A stretch of DNA of 63,959 nt, taken from assembly GCF_001194135.2 (NCBI RefSeq), contig NC_068991.1:8819905-8883863 (forward strand). The letters run 5' to 3'. Position numbers and translations under genes: made by a program. Numbering within the stretch: the stretch's first letter is position 1; each line of letters begins with the position of its first letter. Below the pieces are notes generated by a model. The model made no database searches and was not told the origin of the DNA. It saw nothing but the letters and a program-made list of their open reading frames with translations. The DNA is from Octopus bimaculoides (Eukaryota). Shown here piece after piece: positions 63,250-63,959 of this stretch.

Positions 63250-63520
63250 TGTGAATTACATCGGGTTATCTGTGGGCGATTTCAAAACACGTTATGCAAA
63301 TCATTTATATTCTTTCCGACACATCGACAAGAGTAATGCCACAAAGTTGGCTAGCTACGTATAGAGTTTGAAGAGCAACTCCACACCACGTTCAATCAAG
63401 TGGAGAATCGTGGAGAAATTCATGCCATATGTAAAGGATCTTAATATACGATCTTTCAGTTACGTAACTTATGCATAACTGAAAGATCAAACATTCTTTT
63501 TAAACCCAAGAAGTCTACCA
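63250..63520 (+). mobile_element. Penelope-like element GIY-YIG endonuclease relic
   Basis: YIGLSVGDFKTRYANHLYSFRHIDKSNATKLASYV*SLKSNSTPRSIKWRIVEKFMPY...NLCITERSNILFKP matches the recalled PLE endonuclease pattern (YIG.T...FK.RY..H..SF......T.LS.YIW.LK...I.W.I...C.LC..EK..I). Confidence 0.8.
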
Positions 63521-63524
63521 CCCT

Positions 63525-63765
63525 GAGAGTATTCAGCCCAAGATCGGATGGTCGTGATTTTGATTCCCGAACAGCGCGTTTTGTCCTTGAGCGAGACACT
63601 TTATTTCACGTGGCTCCAGCCCACTCAGCCAGGGAAAGTTGAGTTGTACCTGTCGCTCAATGGGTCAGCCGTGTCACATTCGATGTGTCAAACTGAATCT
63701 CATTGAAGAACTATGTCGAGGTTACGCGTTTCTGTGGAGTGCTCAGCCACTTGCATGTTAGTTTG
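63525..63765 (+). mobile_element. SINE related to family C, diverged
   Basis: GTCCTTGAGCGAGACACTTTATTTCAC...CTGTGGAGTGCTCAGCCACTTGCA.GTTA shared with family C. Confidence 0.55.
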
Positions 63766-63786
63766 ATGTTTTAAAATTTTTATTAT

Positions 63787-63959
63787 AGGCGTAGGCCTGG
63801 CTGTGAGATAAGAAGTTTGCTTCCCAACCACATGGGTCTGGGTTCAGTCCCACTGCGTGGCACCTTGGGCAGAGTGTCTTCTAATATTGCCTGTAGCCGA
63901 CCAAAGCCTTATAAGTGGGTTTGGTTGACGGAAACTGAAAGAAGCCCGTCGTATATATA
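63787..63959 (+). mobile_element. SINE family A 5' part (runs off the window)
   Basis: Same head motif. Confidence 0.85.

Overview
Eukaryotic, AT-rich draft-assembly DNA with many N gaps, saturated with microsatellites and tRNA-derived SINEs. The repeat families look like those of Octopus (inference). There are two convincing protein-coding regions: an intronless 1017-aa LRRCC1 (CLERC/VFL1) ortholog at 15742-18795 (+) and a single-exon BTB-BACK ORF with no Kelch repeats at 57671-58468 (+). A degenerate tRNA-Ile(AAT) sits head-to-head with LRRCC1. The rest is transposon debris: Gypsy gag-pro-RT relic, RTE and CR1/L2-group LINE fragments, DD37D Tc1/mariner derivatives, pogo/Tigger and mariner MITEs, a Chapaev-like relic, a Penelope GIY-YIG relic, and several SINE families. 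The most interesting unexplained structure is a set of sequence-unrelated minimal hammerhead-ribozyme folds (2.6, 12.0, 12.2, 14.5 and 47.4 kb) with palindromic stem III. One of them lies downstream of a tRNA-like Pol III head inside a head-to-head inverted element. Splice and promoter signals suggest further unannotated transcripts near 30 kb and 43 kb. Nearly all other ORFs in the track are microsatellite or N-gap artefacts. No CRISPR array. All family assignments are by eye and from recalled motifs; no search was run, and repeat boundaries are approximate unless terminal repeats are quoted.
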